Origin: Thermoplasmata archaeon
GTDB taxonomy: Archaea; Thermoplasmatota; Thermoplasmata; Thermoplasmatales; GCA-001856825
Reading direction: 5' to 3'
DNA: 64,000 nucleotides
NCBI GenBank assembly: GCA_049965815.1
Contig: JBMFVV010000003.1
Location: 19,846-83,845 of the forward strand
In this document: positions 63,873 through 64,000 of the stretch, one piece after another
Layout of the letters: each line of letters opens with the position of its first letter
Numbering within the stretch: position 1 is the first letter of the stretch
Position numbers and translations under genes: made by a program
The notes under the pieces: generated by a model
What the model was told of the DNA's origin: nothing
Seen by the model: only the letters and a program-made list of their open reading frames with translations
Databases searched by the model: none

Positions 63873-64000
63873 GCCATTGTTATTTTTTATTAATTTTAAG
63901 GCATACAACGAATCTATCGGTAAGGGTGCGGTACAGTTAATAAGGAGCATAGAGAGGAATTTATCAGATTACTCTTCCATTGTAGTGGTACTGAACCCTC

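Noticed and set aside
1-64000. CRISPR arrays, cas genes, rRNA genes, restriction-modification or known defence systems
   Set aside because: I saw no regularly spaced direct repeats or cas, RM or defence-type motifs while reading both strands. Absence by eye is not proof; a repeat finder should confirm it.

Overview
The window is a densely packed archaeal chromosome segment. The archaeal call rests on class III signal-peptide pilin-like proteins, a type-A RNase P RNA, Nep1, ScpB, a Pcc1-like ORF, a split methylmalonyl-CoA mutase and membrane-anchored surface proteins rich in N-x-S/T sequons. The gene content looks Thermoplasmata-like, but that taxonomic call is inference only. I support about 60 CDS and two tRNA-Arg genes. 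I also call one RNase P RNA that the ORF track mis-reads as an 88-aa ORF, and a Pcc1-like ORF that is absent from the track because it has no canonical start codon. One IS607-type element (serine recombinase TnpA plus TnpB) has split an eIF-2B/e2b2-family gene into two fragments. I saw no CRISPR array or rRNA. The left half is housekeeping genes mixed with transporters: PurD, Mrp/ApbC, an ABC-2 exporter with PadR, and three 14-TMS MFS pumps with small wHTH regulators. The middle carries methylmalonyl-CoA mutase, aconitase, a PadR-MFS-surface glycoprotein unit, TatD and a very large MMPL/RND-type membrane protein. The right third (47.4-63.3 kb) is a fatty-acid beta-oxidation-type supercluster. 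It holds SCP2, a fused 3-hydroxyacyl-CoA dehydrogenase/enoyl-CoA hydratase, EtfAB with a membrane HdrD-like Fe-S oxidoreductase, two thiolase types with DUF35, three ACAD genes (one apparently non-catalytic), an acyl-CoA synthetase and a thioesterase. The most unusual content is a low-GC island next to tRNA-Arg(GCG). It carries an uncharacterised module: zinc-ribbon/winged-helix proteins with an unassignable C-terminal domain, facing a divergently transcribed ~140-aa partner. That module recurs 10 kb away as a decayed copy between two pilin-like genes. All protein family calls come from motif recognition by eye; no database search was run.
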